Positions 12,411 through 23,902 of a stretch of DNA of 48,326 nt are shown here, one piece after another. Under the pieces are notes generated by a model that had not been told where the DNA came from, ran no database searches, and saw nothing but the letters and a program-made list of their open reading frames with translations. Made by a program: the position numbers and the translations under genes. The stretch comes from Octopus bimaculoides (Eukaryota), in the NCBI RefSeq assembly GCF_001194135.2, contig NC_068987.1, forward strand, positions 68,200,188 to 68,248,513, written 5' to 3'. Position 1 is the first letter of the stretch, and the number at the start of each line of letters is the position of its first letter.

Positions 12411-12504
12411 TTAGGCATTTCCATCTAAACCTATCTCATAAAAAAAGAAACAATTATATTTACATCTGGAAACAAATTAAATTCATTGATTTAGTAATAC
12501 AAAT
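12411..12504 (+). repeat. 94-bp direct repeat, copy 2
   Basis: Near-identical to 10438-10531. It abuts the truncated transposase on its right and lies 26 bp from a gap on its left. Confidence 0.95.
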
Positions 12505-13557
12505 TGGTTTCCAAATAATTCAAAAAACCATCGGAAATGGTTTTGCAGAACTCGTTTTAACAGCAAAGTGCCCAAGATAGCAGGTTCTTCTATCAATGAA
12601 ATGTGTTCTTTTTGAATTTTCTTACGAAATGTTTTCCCATTTGTTCACTTGTGAGGATTGTGTTCTTCCTTCCATCCAAATACACGGCAGACAATGGTTT
12701 ATGTGGCCTACCTTCCTGCTGCAGAGATCTACGTTTTCTGGATCGTTCCCGCTTTAGCTTCGATCTGTCTATAACGAAAGAACATTCGCTTGCCGTATGG
12801 TCGCAGATAACCGAACTTGTCGAAGAGCAGCAGCACGGTCTGACACACCGGTGCGATCACAGGCAGAAGTTAGTTCTGGAAATTTCATTCGTTCCATTGC
12901 TGTTTTTGAACATGCGTTTTTGCAGACGTCTTTTCGTTTCATGGAAAATGGAATTGGAAAATCTTGATTTTCGCCCGCTGATACATTTCCAGATTCACTG
13001 CTTGATGAAAACGCTATCAATTTAGAATCCTTTGCTGACGTAGAAGAGTGACTATGATCTAGCCGATTATTTCTAATCAACCTCTGAACGTTCTGTTTAG
13101 ATATTGCTTGATCTATTCCACCAATGATCATTTTTCGATTTGTCCGTTGATCCTGAAAAAAATCTTCTTTTCTTTTCTCTGTGGTGCTTTTTGTCTCTAC
13201 TACAACTGCAGTTTTTAAAGAAGTTGCACTTGCAACCGGAAATGTCAAAAATTCCTTTGTTGCATTCTTTTTAAACACATTACACTTTGTTTGAAACACT
13301 GGCAAATTTTTCCTATTTTTCACAGACTTTAGTAATGCTTGGTACTTTAAGATTTTCGGTTTAACTGACTTAATCGTAACACAAGGGATGGATGCCTTTT
13401 GCCAAAGAAGAATTATCGTTTCTGCTACAATCTTGATAATTTGTGTAACTGAAGGATCTTTGTTAACTACATTCTCTTCTTTTTCTCGTTCAAATAAAAC
13501 ACATTTCAGTACGTCCTTGTAGGTTGGGAGTACTAAATACTGGAGATTCAGTATCAT
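12505..13557 (-). pseudogene. DNA transposase pseudogene, hATm / Cc8K15.2-like type, N-terminal half up to the first catalytic region
   Basis: Motifs in order across frameshifts: LPTYKDV, LWQKASIP, FDISGCKCNFFKNCSC, DQRTNRKMIIG, DRTGVSDRAAA, VIDRSKLKRER, AVYLDGRKNT, EHISLIEEP, YLGHFAVK. Family name is from recall of this motif set. TIRs not found. Confidence 0.8.
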
Positions 13558-15404
13558 GACACGTCATTGGATTATGAATCATCACTAAATGTAAACAACA
13601 CTAAATTTAACACAATCATTAATTTTAATGCAATGGTCTAAAGTCAAGATACAAACGAGAAAACTTCACACACATACGACGTACGTCGCACGCAACGACC
13701 GTTGGTTGCAGCGGCACTGGAGTGGAGTTCACACTCCCGTTCTCTTTATAGTCAATGCGGAACCTCAAGTCAATTGTATTGAACATTAGTATGCAAATTT
13801 GTAAGGAGACTATATTCACTGTTTTGAATTCTGCTATGTAGATATATATATTTGTTACGACTTATAATCCAAGAAATACAAAATTCGTCCAAAAATAGTG
13901 ATTTTTAAAATTTACAATTGCATTGCGGAGTCTGAAAACAATATTTAACCGCCAAGATCTTTACATACCTTTCTCTTAACTCTAATTTGCAACAATATAT
14001 CGATTCTTGGTTACCAATTTCGAATATTCCAGAAATTCTTCATGTGGGGTTCTTATATGAGGAGATGCTCACACTTGGGTGCATGCATCGACAGTTCAAC
14101 CAACACACCAACTCAACTACATATTTACAAACACTGGAAACTCTCTTAACTCAAAAAGTCTTTGTTAGCAACCGGCTTGAACTTGCTCCAGAACTTAAAC
14201 TAAAAGAAAAATCATTTAGTCATACAAGCATATATATATATATATATATCGTTCGCTGAATTAGAGGAATTTGACCATACAAATGCGGGCACATATACGC
14301 ACAAATTATGTAAGAATGTCATACACAGTTACATAAGTATATCGGCATATATACACAAAGTCATACAGATGTATACATATCAATAAATATTGACAAACGA
14401 AAGCATGTACAATTACTTCGAAACACAAAAGAGCTAGCGATCACATAGATATCTGATTCAAAATGCACGTAGGAAAATATTTGAACAAATTTACACGTAT
14501 CTATCTATCTATCTATCTATCTATCTAACTAACTTTTCTATCTATCTATCCAAATGCACACAAACACAGATATATATATATATACATACATACATATATA
14601 TANNNNNNNNNNNNNNNNNNNNNNNNNNNNNNNNNNNNNNNNNNNNNNNNNNNNNNNNNNNNNNNNNNNNNNNNNNNNNNNNNNNNNNNNNNNNNNNNNN
14701 NNNNNNNNNNNNNNNNNNNNNNNNNNNNNNNNNNNNNNNNNNNNNNNNNNNNNNNNNNNNNNNNNNNNNNNNNNNNNNNNNNNNNNNNNNNNNNNNNNNN
14801 NNNNNNNNNNNNNNNNNNNNNNNNNNNNNNNNNNNNNNNNNNNNNNNNNNNNNNNNNNNNNNNNNNNNNNNNNNNNNNNNNNNNNNNNNNNNNNNNNNNN
14901 NNNNNNNNNNNNNNNNNNNNNNNNNNNNNNNNNNNNNNNNNNNNNNNNNNNNNNNNNNNNNNNNNNNNNNNNNNNNNNNNNNNNNNNNNNNNNNNNNNNN
15001 NNNNNNNNNNNNNNNNNNNNNNNNNNNNNNNNNNNNNNNNNNNNNNNNNNNNNNNNNNNTATATATATATATATAGATAGATAGATAGATAGATATACAT
15101 TTGATGTTCTTACGTTACTAGTTTTAACCTGATAGTAAGATCGAATTGTGGATTTAACAAGCTACTTACCTCTACGTATTCCAAATATAAATCATCCAAA
15201 ATACTTGTCAGAAAATCAATAGAATCTTGACTTTTTTGTACGTAAGCCCCTTCCAAGTTGCACCAGTTTTCTCCCAGAAAAGGCTTCTAGAAACATCTTT
15301 TTGGCTAACAACAATGTCATATTTTTAGCAGTTTACGTAATACAGACCTAACTGGAAATCTTAGACCAAACAATCGAAAATAAAATAAACCATTACTAAA
15401 TAGC

Positions 15405-15465
15405 CATACTCCTCCTTCTCCTCCTCCTCCTACAACAACAGCTACTACTACTACAATTACTAATG

Positions 15466-15524
<59 letters not shown>

Positions 15525-15580
15525 GCTACTGCTGCTGCTACTGCACCTTCTTCTTCTTCTGTTGTTGCTGCTGCTGAATT
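15405..15580. repeat. Mosaic triplet repeat (CTC/ACA/CTA/AAT/CTG/CTT/TTG blocks)
   Basis: Direct reading; explains ORF 15317-15625. Confidence 0.9.
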
Positions 15581-16015
15581 TGTCTTAGTATCATTTGATA
15601 TGATGATAATTTTCAATATACACATAAGGCTGTAATTTTAGTGATGTGACATGAAACAGAATAAAACAGCATTATTGAACTGGTACATATCTTATCGAAC
15701 CTGGAGCGATGAGAAACTAGGTTCGAACCAAAACGGGTATCACTTACGATGTTCAACTGCATAGAACGAATCGTTGTATCTGCATACAACCTCATATTGC
15801 AAATACAAAACAGAAGGCAAGTACTCTAGATTTTATCGGCAATGTACATTATATTAAAGAACACCCCGTGGATTGATATGAATGCCGTTGGCATAGGTTT
15901 TATGTTAATACGTAAGGAGACCAATATAGCTCTTGCATCGGAAGCGGTGTCTTTCCAAATGTGTAACCTAGCAAATATTCCCTTTTTGCTGTGATTAAAG
16001 ATTAATACATTCAAA

Positions 16016-16075
<60 letters not shown>

Positions 16076-16076
<1 letters not shown>

Positions 16077-16451
16077 CTTTCATTTGTTTCAGGCATTAGA
16101 CTGCAGCCATGCAGTCTAATTTTAGTCTAATTTATCGATCCCATTACTTTTTTAAAGCCCGTACTTATTCTATCAATCTCTCTCGCCGAACCGCTAAATT
16201 ACGGGTACGTAAATACACCAACATCGGTTGTCAAACGGTGATGGTGGAGGACAAACACAGAAACACACACATATATACACATATATACCACGGGCTTCTT
16301 TCAGTTTCCGTCTACTGAATCCACTCACCAGTCTTTAGTCAGCCCGAAGCTATAGTAGAAGATACTTGCCCAAGCTGCAACGCTGTGGAACTGAACCCGG
16401 AAGCATGTGGTATGGAAGCAGGCTTCTTACCAAAAAGCCATGCTTGCGCCT
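16076..16451 (-). mobile_element. Full-length diverged copy of the SINE at 2438
   Basis: Colinear with 2438-2822, and it retains the CTATAGTAGAAGATACTTGCCCAAG segment that copy lacks. Confidence 0.9.
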
Positions 16452-16653
16452 ATCATATATATTTTATAAATTCGGTGTTTTAACAGAGAAACTCCGCTTA
16501 CCCGTTTTAGCCACACTGTCTATTTCTCTTATATATTCAAACGTTAAGTTTAGTTGAACTACTGATCCAAATGCGGTTGGATTTGTCCAGCTCTAAGTCG
16601 TTTGAAATGTTACTAGTTTAAAATTTTACCTAATGATTGTGGTTTATATCTTA

Positions 16654-16700
16654 CTAGTAAAGATACCCAGCGTTGCTCGGGATTAAAATGCTATAGTTTG
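16654..16700 (-). mobile_element. Helitron 3' terminus (element continues rightwards, extent unknown)
   Basis: Minus strand CCCGAGCAACGCTGGG hairpin (16666-16681), 8-nt spacer, terminal CTAG (16657-16654), then T. This is the canonical Helitron 3' signature. Confidence 0.75.
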
Positions 16701-17355
16701 TATTTATATATTACATTTATGTTGAAACAGGTGACACGAGAAAGTGCAGCATTGACGACAAAACATTTGTGGAGTAAATAATGGTCTAATTTGACTAAGC
16801 GACATGCAATACGACCGTTTGGAGGATTCTATGGCCTAACCTATCACGGAAGATTGGGAGTGGGGTGGATGCGTATGTAATTTTGAACATGCCGAAAAGA
16901 TGCCAGTGGATATACTCACCTTTGAGGCGGTCATCGCTGTGTCTAACAGGGCCCATCGTATGGTTGACAATCAATGAATGTATATATAATGAAAATATTG
17001 TACGTAAATGAGTACATTCCGGGAATGAGCTGCAATGGGAGACGGCAACGTGGAAGTGAACTGTTGAAATGTTACCGAAGGCGAAGGGCTGACATTAGAT
17101 TGCTGATGTGGCTGTAGAATAAGAAGCATAAAGTCAGCCTATGCAGTCAAAATAGGATAAGTAGTAATGAATTACTTGAAAAAATAAGGCATAATGGCTT
17201 ACCGCGTGGTATGTATATAGTATGTCAGTATTTTTGTATGTAGTGTAAATTAACGAAATATAAGCAAATGAATGAAATACAAGCACATGTATCGAATTAC
17301 TAATTAACAGTAAATGCCACACAAATTATTACAGAGATACAAAGAATTACATACG

Positions 17356-17421
<66 letters not shown>

Positions 17422-17589
17422 GAATAGATTTCTTAATGTAAGGGTAAATACGTAATTGTAAATACATTGCAACTGCTGCGATAATTATTAACTGGTGATG
17501 GAGCAGTAAATGTGTATTTTTAAATATACCTTGGAAATATACCCTCATTGCTTTTTCTTTTTTCAAAAGTTTCACCTCTGCAACTCACA

Positions 17590-18136
17590 TACATACATTC
17601 AGGTTATGTCAGTCGTCACACACGTATATGTATATGTAGATGTGTGTGCGTGTCCTTAATAACCTACGTAATGCGGAAACACGCACATTCACAAACACAT
17701 ACACACTCATACACTCACAGACAGATATACACTCATACAAAATGTGACGTCGTCGTTGAGGTATAAAATGTTCCTGACTTATACTCACATACATATATTA
17801 AGATAGCCACACAAAGACATACATTCACGCATGTCACTCGTTACATATATATATGAATGTGTAGGTGTCTGTATGTTTAATAACGTACCTAATGCGGAAA
17901 GACACACACACTATGTGACATATAGACACTCATACACTTACACACATACACTCACAGACAGATACATAATCATGTCCTCGTAGTATAACATATCCTGTTG
18001 ACAATAGAAAGATTATCTCTATGAAATATATTGTTTTAATCGAAATGAAAATAAAATGTTGTACTAACACTGACCAGCCCTCATATACATATAGTAAGAT
18101 AGACACACACAGACATACATTCACGCATGTCAGTCG

Positions 18137-18188
<52 letters not shown>

Positions 18189-18350
18189 GTAGATGTCTGT
18201 TTATGCGTGTAATAACGTATATGTATATGTATGTGTAGTTGTTTAGGTTTAATAATGTACCTAACGCGGAAAGATACACACACTGAGATATATACAAACT
18301 TATACACTTGTACACATACATTCACATGCGGATACACATTCATATACAAA
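17590..18350 (+). repeat. Diverged local triplication of a ~200-370 bp unit
   Basis: TTAATAA..TAC.TAA.GCGGAAA recurs at ~17655, ~17877 and ~18250. CATACATTCA.G.ATGTCA.TCGT recurs at ~17591, ~17817 and ~18114. Confidence 0.8.
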
Positions 18351-18699
18351 ATGTATATATACAAAAGATACAATTAAACTAACAAGAAATATAACATTTG
18401 CAACAGAACAGACAAGACTGAACGATTAAGAAGTTCCATTTCGGCGTATTCAGTGACACTGGTTGGACGAAAACTGTGCAAAAACCTGGCTTATTCATTG
18501 TACCTGAAATTGAAACGTCTATACTTGTAATACATCTTGTCATTCTGATTCTGTTTGATTTTACCGCTACAGTTTCATGCTTCTGTCGATTTCTCGAACC
18601 CTCATCGTCAAAACTGACGGAAATCAATTGAGTGTACTTTTTCGTACGCATTGCACTGGAGAAAATCTGAAAATAACAGGAGGACTTAAATAAATTATG

Positions 18700-19570
18700 A
18701 ACATAATGCTGGTAAAGACATTTCAAAACATATAAATATGTCTTCAAGAAAAATAAGGTATTTGAAACATATACCAAAATATTTTAGAAGACGTTAATAA
18801 TTTTAAAACATAACATTGACAGTGGAAGTTAAAGAATAATGGTTGAAAATATGAAACGAAAACATTCCGCACAGAATTGTAAGTGGAGAGGACACGAAAT
18901 ATACAATAATACCGCAAGCATGACGCAGCATAATTAGCGAAAAATTCAACGCCGCGTTAAAGACTGCAAGCAACTGGAAAGTTTCCGGAAGTGACGAAGT
19001 CAACAATTTGTAGCTGAAAGAGCAAATCAAGAATTATGAATTTGTTGTTACAAGATTTAAAGAATTAGTAAACAGACAAAATTGTCACTCGACTGGTTAC
19101 GAGGGAGAAAAGCACTATTGATTCCCTAAGAAACGAGATCACCAAAGCTACAACCGAATAACTTGTTTGCTAACAACACAAAGGCGTCTTAAATAGGCAT
19201 TCTATAACAAGCTCGATTCTCACCAGGAAAATAATAATATCTAGCCAGAACCAAATTTCTAAACTGAATGTGAAACGGAAGGTTGAATTTTAAATACACA
19301 TAATGAATGCTTAACAACACAGAAATTATAAGAAAATAATGAAACAAAAGTTTATACCAAGGGAAAAGTATGTAACCAGCACAATGGAACAATTATACAA
19401 ATTATTTCTAACTGCACAACCCTTGCAAAATCAGAATATCGTTGCTAATGTAATCGGACTAGAAATTATGTCTGTCGGGCTATAAAGCGACTCATCGACA
19501 TGAAAAATGCTAGAAAATGGTAAAGATCTGGTTACAGTAACCTTGGACTGCCATTTCAGATTAACTTGTA
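18700..19570 (+). mobile_element. Decayed R4/Dong-clade LINE with a large internal deletion
   Basis: ALKTASNWKVSGSDEVNN (~18954), DWLRG..LLIP and ITCL, then a jump to the zinc-knuckle region TIIQIISNCTTLAKSEY (19389-19439). Confidence 0.7.
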
Positions 19571-20129
19571 ATTAAAGTAAACGTTTAGAATATTTCTTTT
19601 TTTAGATGCCTCATAATCTATGTATTCTGGCAGACGAGTCGATCTCTTCAAAAATATAAACCGCACAAAATGCTGAGAAAATATTTCTGGCTTAAATGTA
19701 AAATGCACAATAATACAATCAGTACATAAAAAAAGAACAGGAAAAACAAACACTGCAACTTACAATCCTCAATACAACACAAAAATTAGGTCTGCCAGTG
19801 ATAGATTACATTCTGCCTAATACACATTCAATTAAATATCATGACGCAAGCTGTGCTCGTTCTGCATAATTAATACAATGCATACTCAAAATGTTTGCCA
19901 CCTAATGTGCTTTAAAATGCCGTATAGCACATACACTAGATTGTTGCCACTCTTCGTTAAAATATAGTCGCACTACAAAACAACCGCAAAACACATGTAC
20001 ACCCAGACAGTTTTAAATTCTGATTACACAATGCTGCACATTTCTCAGAAAGACTTAGATACCCGTCGAGCTACGAAAGAAACAAAAACGAACATCACGT
20101 GCAATCAGTGCCTTTTCAGGTGAAGATCT

Positions 20130-20610
20130 CTCAAATGGCAACTGTCTAGCTGAAGAGCAGGTTGAGTTCAGATATCATCCTGTAGAGATTGGATATACTA
20201 TCAGCGGAAGTCAAAGTTGATGATAAACTAGATGTAAATCGCTTAGCATATTGCATGTATGAGCAGAGAAGCAACATGAATGAAAGAGCCATGGCGAAAA
20301 AGAAAATTTGAGAATCAAGTTGCGCTGTTCAATAGATATCTTGAAGGGATAAATGCTATAATCGATAAGAAATGATGAAAAAATTAACACATAAAGACGA
20401 TCAATACAGAAATTATAACATCAGACACAAACATTTATAGGCTACAAATTAAAAGATAAAACAAAAAGTCATGGGTGAAACGGACAAAAATAAATGTCAC
20501 CAACCAGCAAAAATCACAATCAGATCAGGCTCTTCGGAAAAAAATATATATAAATTTTATCAGCAGCTGAAGAATAAGAAAGAACATTAGGAGAATGATA
20601 TACGAAATGC
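20130..20610 (+). mobile_element. Decayed N-terminal fragment of an R4/Dong-clade LINE
   Basis: EPWRKRKFENQV (20286; like PPWKRRLExQI), KIKQKV, and FYQQLK (~20555). Confidence 0.55.
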
Positions 20611-20665
20611 TGAAGCAGCAATAATATATATATTTCAAGCGATATATATTTATTTCTAGTGGTTT

Positions 20666-20803
20666 CGTGGCTAGGGGATGGTAGGAGTTCGCACCCCTGT
20701 TCGCAATATTATCGGATGTAGCTGTGCATCATTAACCAGCTAGAGGAGATATCCTCTTACGGTTAAAAAATCGCAGTAGAGTCCGCTCGAACGGACAGCC
20801 ATG
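20666..20803 (+). other. Candidate structured RNA or repeat 5' end with several hairpins
   Basis: CGTGGCT(20666-72)/AGCCATG(20797-803); AGGGG/CCCCT; TAGCTG/CAGCTA; AGAGGA/TCCTCT; GTCCG/CGGAC. Confidence 0.4.
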
Positions 20804-20868
20804 TTAAACTGGCTACGAATATTACTTGTCAGTACAACTACAGCGTTGATCTCTTAGAGAGATTTTAG

Positions 20869-20936
<68 letters not shown>

Positions 20937-21102
20937 GGGCAGTAACATTATTCTGTAGTAATGCTATTATATAAATATAAACGAATAATTATATTCTTGG
21001 GAATAGAAATTTCCCTTATGAATTTTTTTACACACTAGCTTCCTGATAAAAATTCTTGTAAAAGATTGTTATCCTNNNNNNNNNNNNNNNNNNNNNNNNN
21101 NN

Positions 21103-21145
<43 letters not shown>

Positions 21146-22334
21146 GTATGTATGTATATATAATTATTTATTTATTAACATAGTATGTACGAGTGTATGC
21201 ATGCACGTTTGAATGTATTTCTGCATGCATGTATATATACGTTAAAGCATTCTACCCAACGTATCTCATATACCATAATGTTTACACTGTGTACATTTTG
21301 ATACAATACCTGTGTGTGAACAAGTGTGCGTATGTGTTTGTGTGTATGTGTATGTGTATGTGCATGTGTGTGCATGTGTATGTGTGTGTACATGTGTATA
21401 TCTGTATGTGTCTTTGAGTGACAATGGGAAATATTGCTAAAGTATTGACAGCTGTTGAAGAGTAAGAGAAACATAATTATGGGTGAGAGGTAAGAAACAC
21501 TGGAAATTGCGAGACAGTGTGAGGGGCCAGTATAATCTGCAAATAAAAACTGTAAAAGTAATAAAGCTTAGGTCGCCGCCAATAGCATCTCTTTTTTCTC
21601 TAGAGATTAGTCTAGTCTCAACGTAACTCACAGACATAGACAAACATACACAGTCTCTTATAAACATACACGTACACATAAACGCATAAACATACAGCTG
21701 CTTAGAGTATACAGACATACATATAAACAAACAGAGAGATACAATTTGATTATTAATTATATCAGCGCGGGCTTAGATATATTTCATTAGATTTCTACTA
21801 TTAACAGGTCGCAAAGATTAATTGCAGGAACACTGTAAACTGCAGGTGGTTTAAAAAAAAAACTACAGGAATCATTGCAGGAAATCTTCAAGAATGTTAA
21901 TCATTTCAATTTCCAAGGAGAAAATATAATTGTTTTTCTTTATAAAACAACAACAAAAAAAGAAAGAAAACAGCACCAGTTTTATGATTGAAATTTAGGT
22001 ACATCGATTCTCAAGAATACTGATATTGATTTCCTGGGACTAAAAACATCGCCATTTTTTATACAGGAAATATGTATATTTGATAAAATATAGTAAATTA
22101 ACTGTAGTCATAATGCTAGTGGTTATATCACTAAAGTCAAGGTGTAGTACGGCTGGGGCCAAGTAGCAAAATGTATCATACAGGGCCTAAATTAGAAAGA
22201 TTGAAAATCTGAACGAAATGCTATAACATATGTCCAGTCCTCATATGGAAAATACAACAATGTTAAGTCTCGTTAAATCTATATTAACTACATCGAAATG
22301 TGTTGATTAGAAATTGAACAAGCACCATAGAGGA

Positions 22335-22370
<36 letters not shown>

Positions 22371-22564
22371 TGTGTTTCGATGAAATATTATATCTATATA
22401 TTTTCAGGCGCTGAGATTTACACGCAAAACGCAATAAGCAGAGAGAATAACAAATTACTGAAAAGTGTTCGTATGCAAAAATCATATCTTTTAGTTTTAG
22501 TTAGATGTACTACTGCTACATCATGAGGTAGAGTTCCGCGTAGATTGTTATTATCCAGTCTAAT

Positions 22565-22790
22565 GCGGCGAGCTGGCAGAATCGTTAGCACACCGGGCGA
22601 AATACTTAGCGGTATTTCGTCTGCCGCTACGTTCTGAGTTCAAATTCGACCTCCACCGAGGTCGACTTTACTTTTCATCCTTTCGGGATCGATAAATTAA
22701 GTAGTAGTTTCGTACTGGGGTCGATCTGATCGACTGGCTCCCTTCCCCGCCAAATTTCATGTCTTGTGCATATAGTAGAAAGGATTATTA
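22565..22790 (+). mobile_element. Third tRNA-derived SINE family (octopus OK-like)
   Basis: A-box-like TGGCAGAATCG, B-box-like GAGTTCAAATTC, body CGAGGTCGACTTT..TTTCATCCTTTCGGG.TCGATAAATTAAGTA..TGGGGTCGAT. Confidence 0.85.
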
Positions 22791-23009
22791 TCCAATCGGT
22801 TTCCTGTATAGTGGTTAGGTGATCAATATAATTAGCAGTGTTACTAGTTATGAAATACAGAGCATACATAGTAGAAATTCAGATAAACATCAATATGAAT
22901 ATTTGGCCCCTACGTACGTTTCACTATTTAAGTTAATTTGCGCCCAGCATTACATGCTCCAAGTTAGTTTTGATGCCTAAATGCGATCATGTGGGGATGA
23001 TGAGGGGGA

Positions 23010-23099
23010 TCATCAGGGGAACAATTTGTTGCATTCAGTTACAGAGATCATATGTATTGGATCGCTGTAACAGAAAGTAATAAAGTGTTCCCCTAATGA
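23010..23099 (+). other. 90-nt hairpin (pre-miRNA-like or tiny foldback element)
   Basis: 23010-23049 pairs with 23060-23099 without indels: 33 Watson-Crick pairs, 2 G-T pairs, five 1x1 mismatches, 10-nt loop. Confidence 0.75.
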
Positions 23100-23639
23100 A
23101 TCATTTCAGATTTAGGTATGCAATTGAACTTGGAACATCCAATGCTGAGTTCCATTTAACTGCAATGGTGAAACGTATGTAGGAACTACATATTTCTACT
23201 GGTGGTTATCTTAATTTCCAGTATATATCAGTATATATATATATATATNNNNNNNNNNNNNNNNNNNNNNNNNNNNNNNNNNNNNNNNNNNNNNNNNNNN
23301 NNNNNNNNNNNNNNNNNNNNNNNNNNNNNNNNNNNNNNNNNNNNNNNNNNNNNNNNNNNNNNNNNNNNNNNNNNNNNNNNNNNNNNNNNNNNNNNNNNNN
23401 NNNNNNNNNNNNNNNNNNNNNNNNNNNNNNNNNNNNNNNNNNNNNNNNNNNNNNNNNNNNNNNNNNNNNNNNNNNNNNNNNNNNNNNNNNNNNNNNNNNN
23501 NNNNNNNNNNNNNNNNNNNNNNNNNNNNNNNNNNNNNNNNNNNNNNNNNNNNNNNNNNNNNNNNNNNNNNNNNNNNNNNNNNNNNNNNNNNNNNNNNNNN
23601 NNNNNNNNNNNNNNNNNNNNNNNNNNNNNNNNNNNNNNN

Positions 23640-23707
<68 letters not shown>

Positions 23708-23734
23708 CGTGTGTGTGTGTGTGTGTATATGTAT

Positions 23735-23902
23735 ATATACGACGGACTTCTTTCAGTTTCCGTCTACCAAATCCATTCACAAGGCTTTGGTCGGCCTGAA
23801 GCAATAGTAAAGATACTTGCCCAAAGTGCCACGCAGTGGAACTGAACCCAGAAGCTAGTAGTTGGTAAGCAAGCTACTTATCACACAGCCACTCCTGCGT
23901 CT
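23735..23902 (-). mobile_element. 5' half of the OR/CORE-type SINE
   Basis: Colinear with 2690-2822 and 16290-16451. It ends in an expanded (TG)n/(TA)n tract that runs into a gap. Confidence 0.9.

Noticed and set aside
18379-18777. 132-aa minus-strand ORF
   Set aside because: No recognisable domain; its start overlaps the antisense of a Dong relic.
22565-22660. tRNA gene
   Set aside because: A and B boxes are present, but there is no cloverleaf and the sequence continues into a SINE body. The same applies to the other SINE heads.
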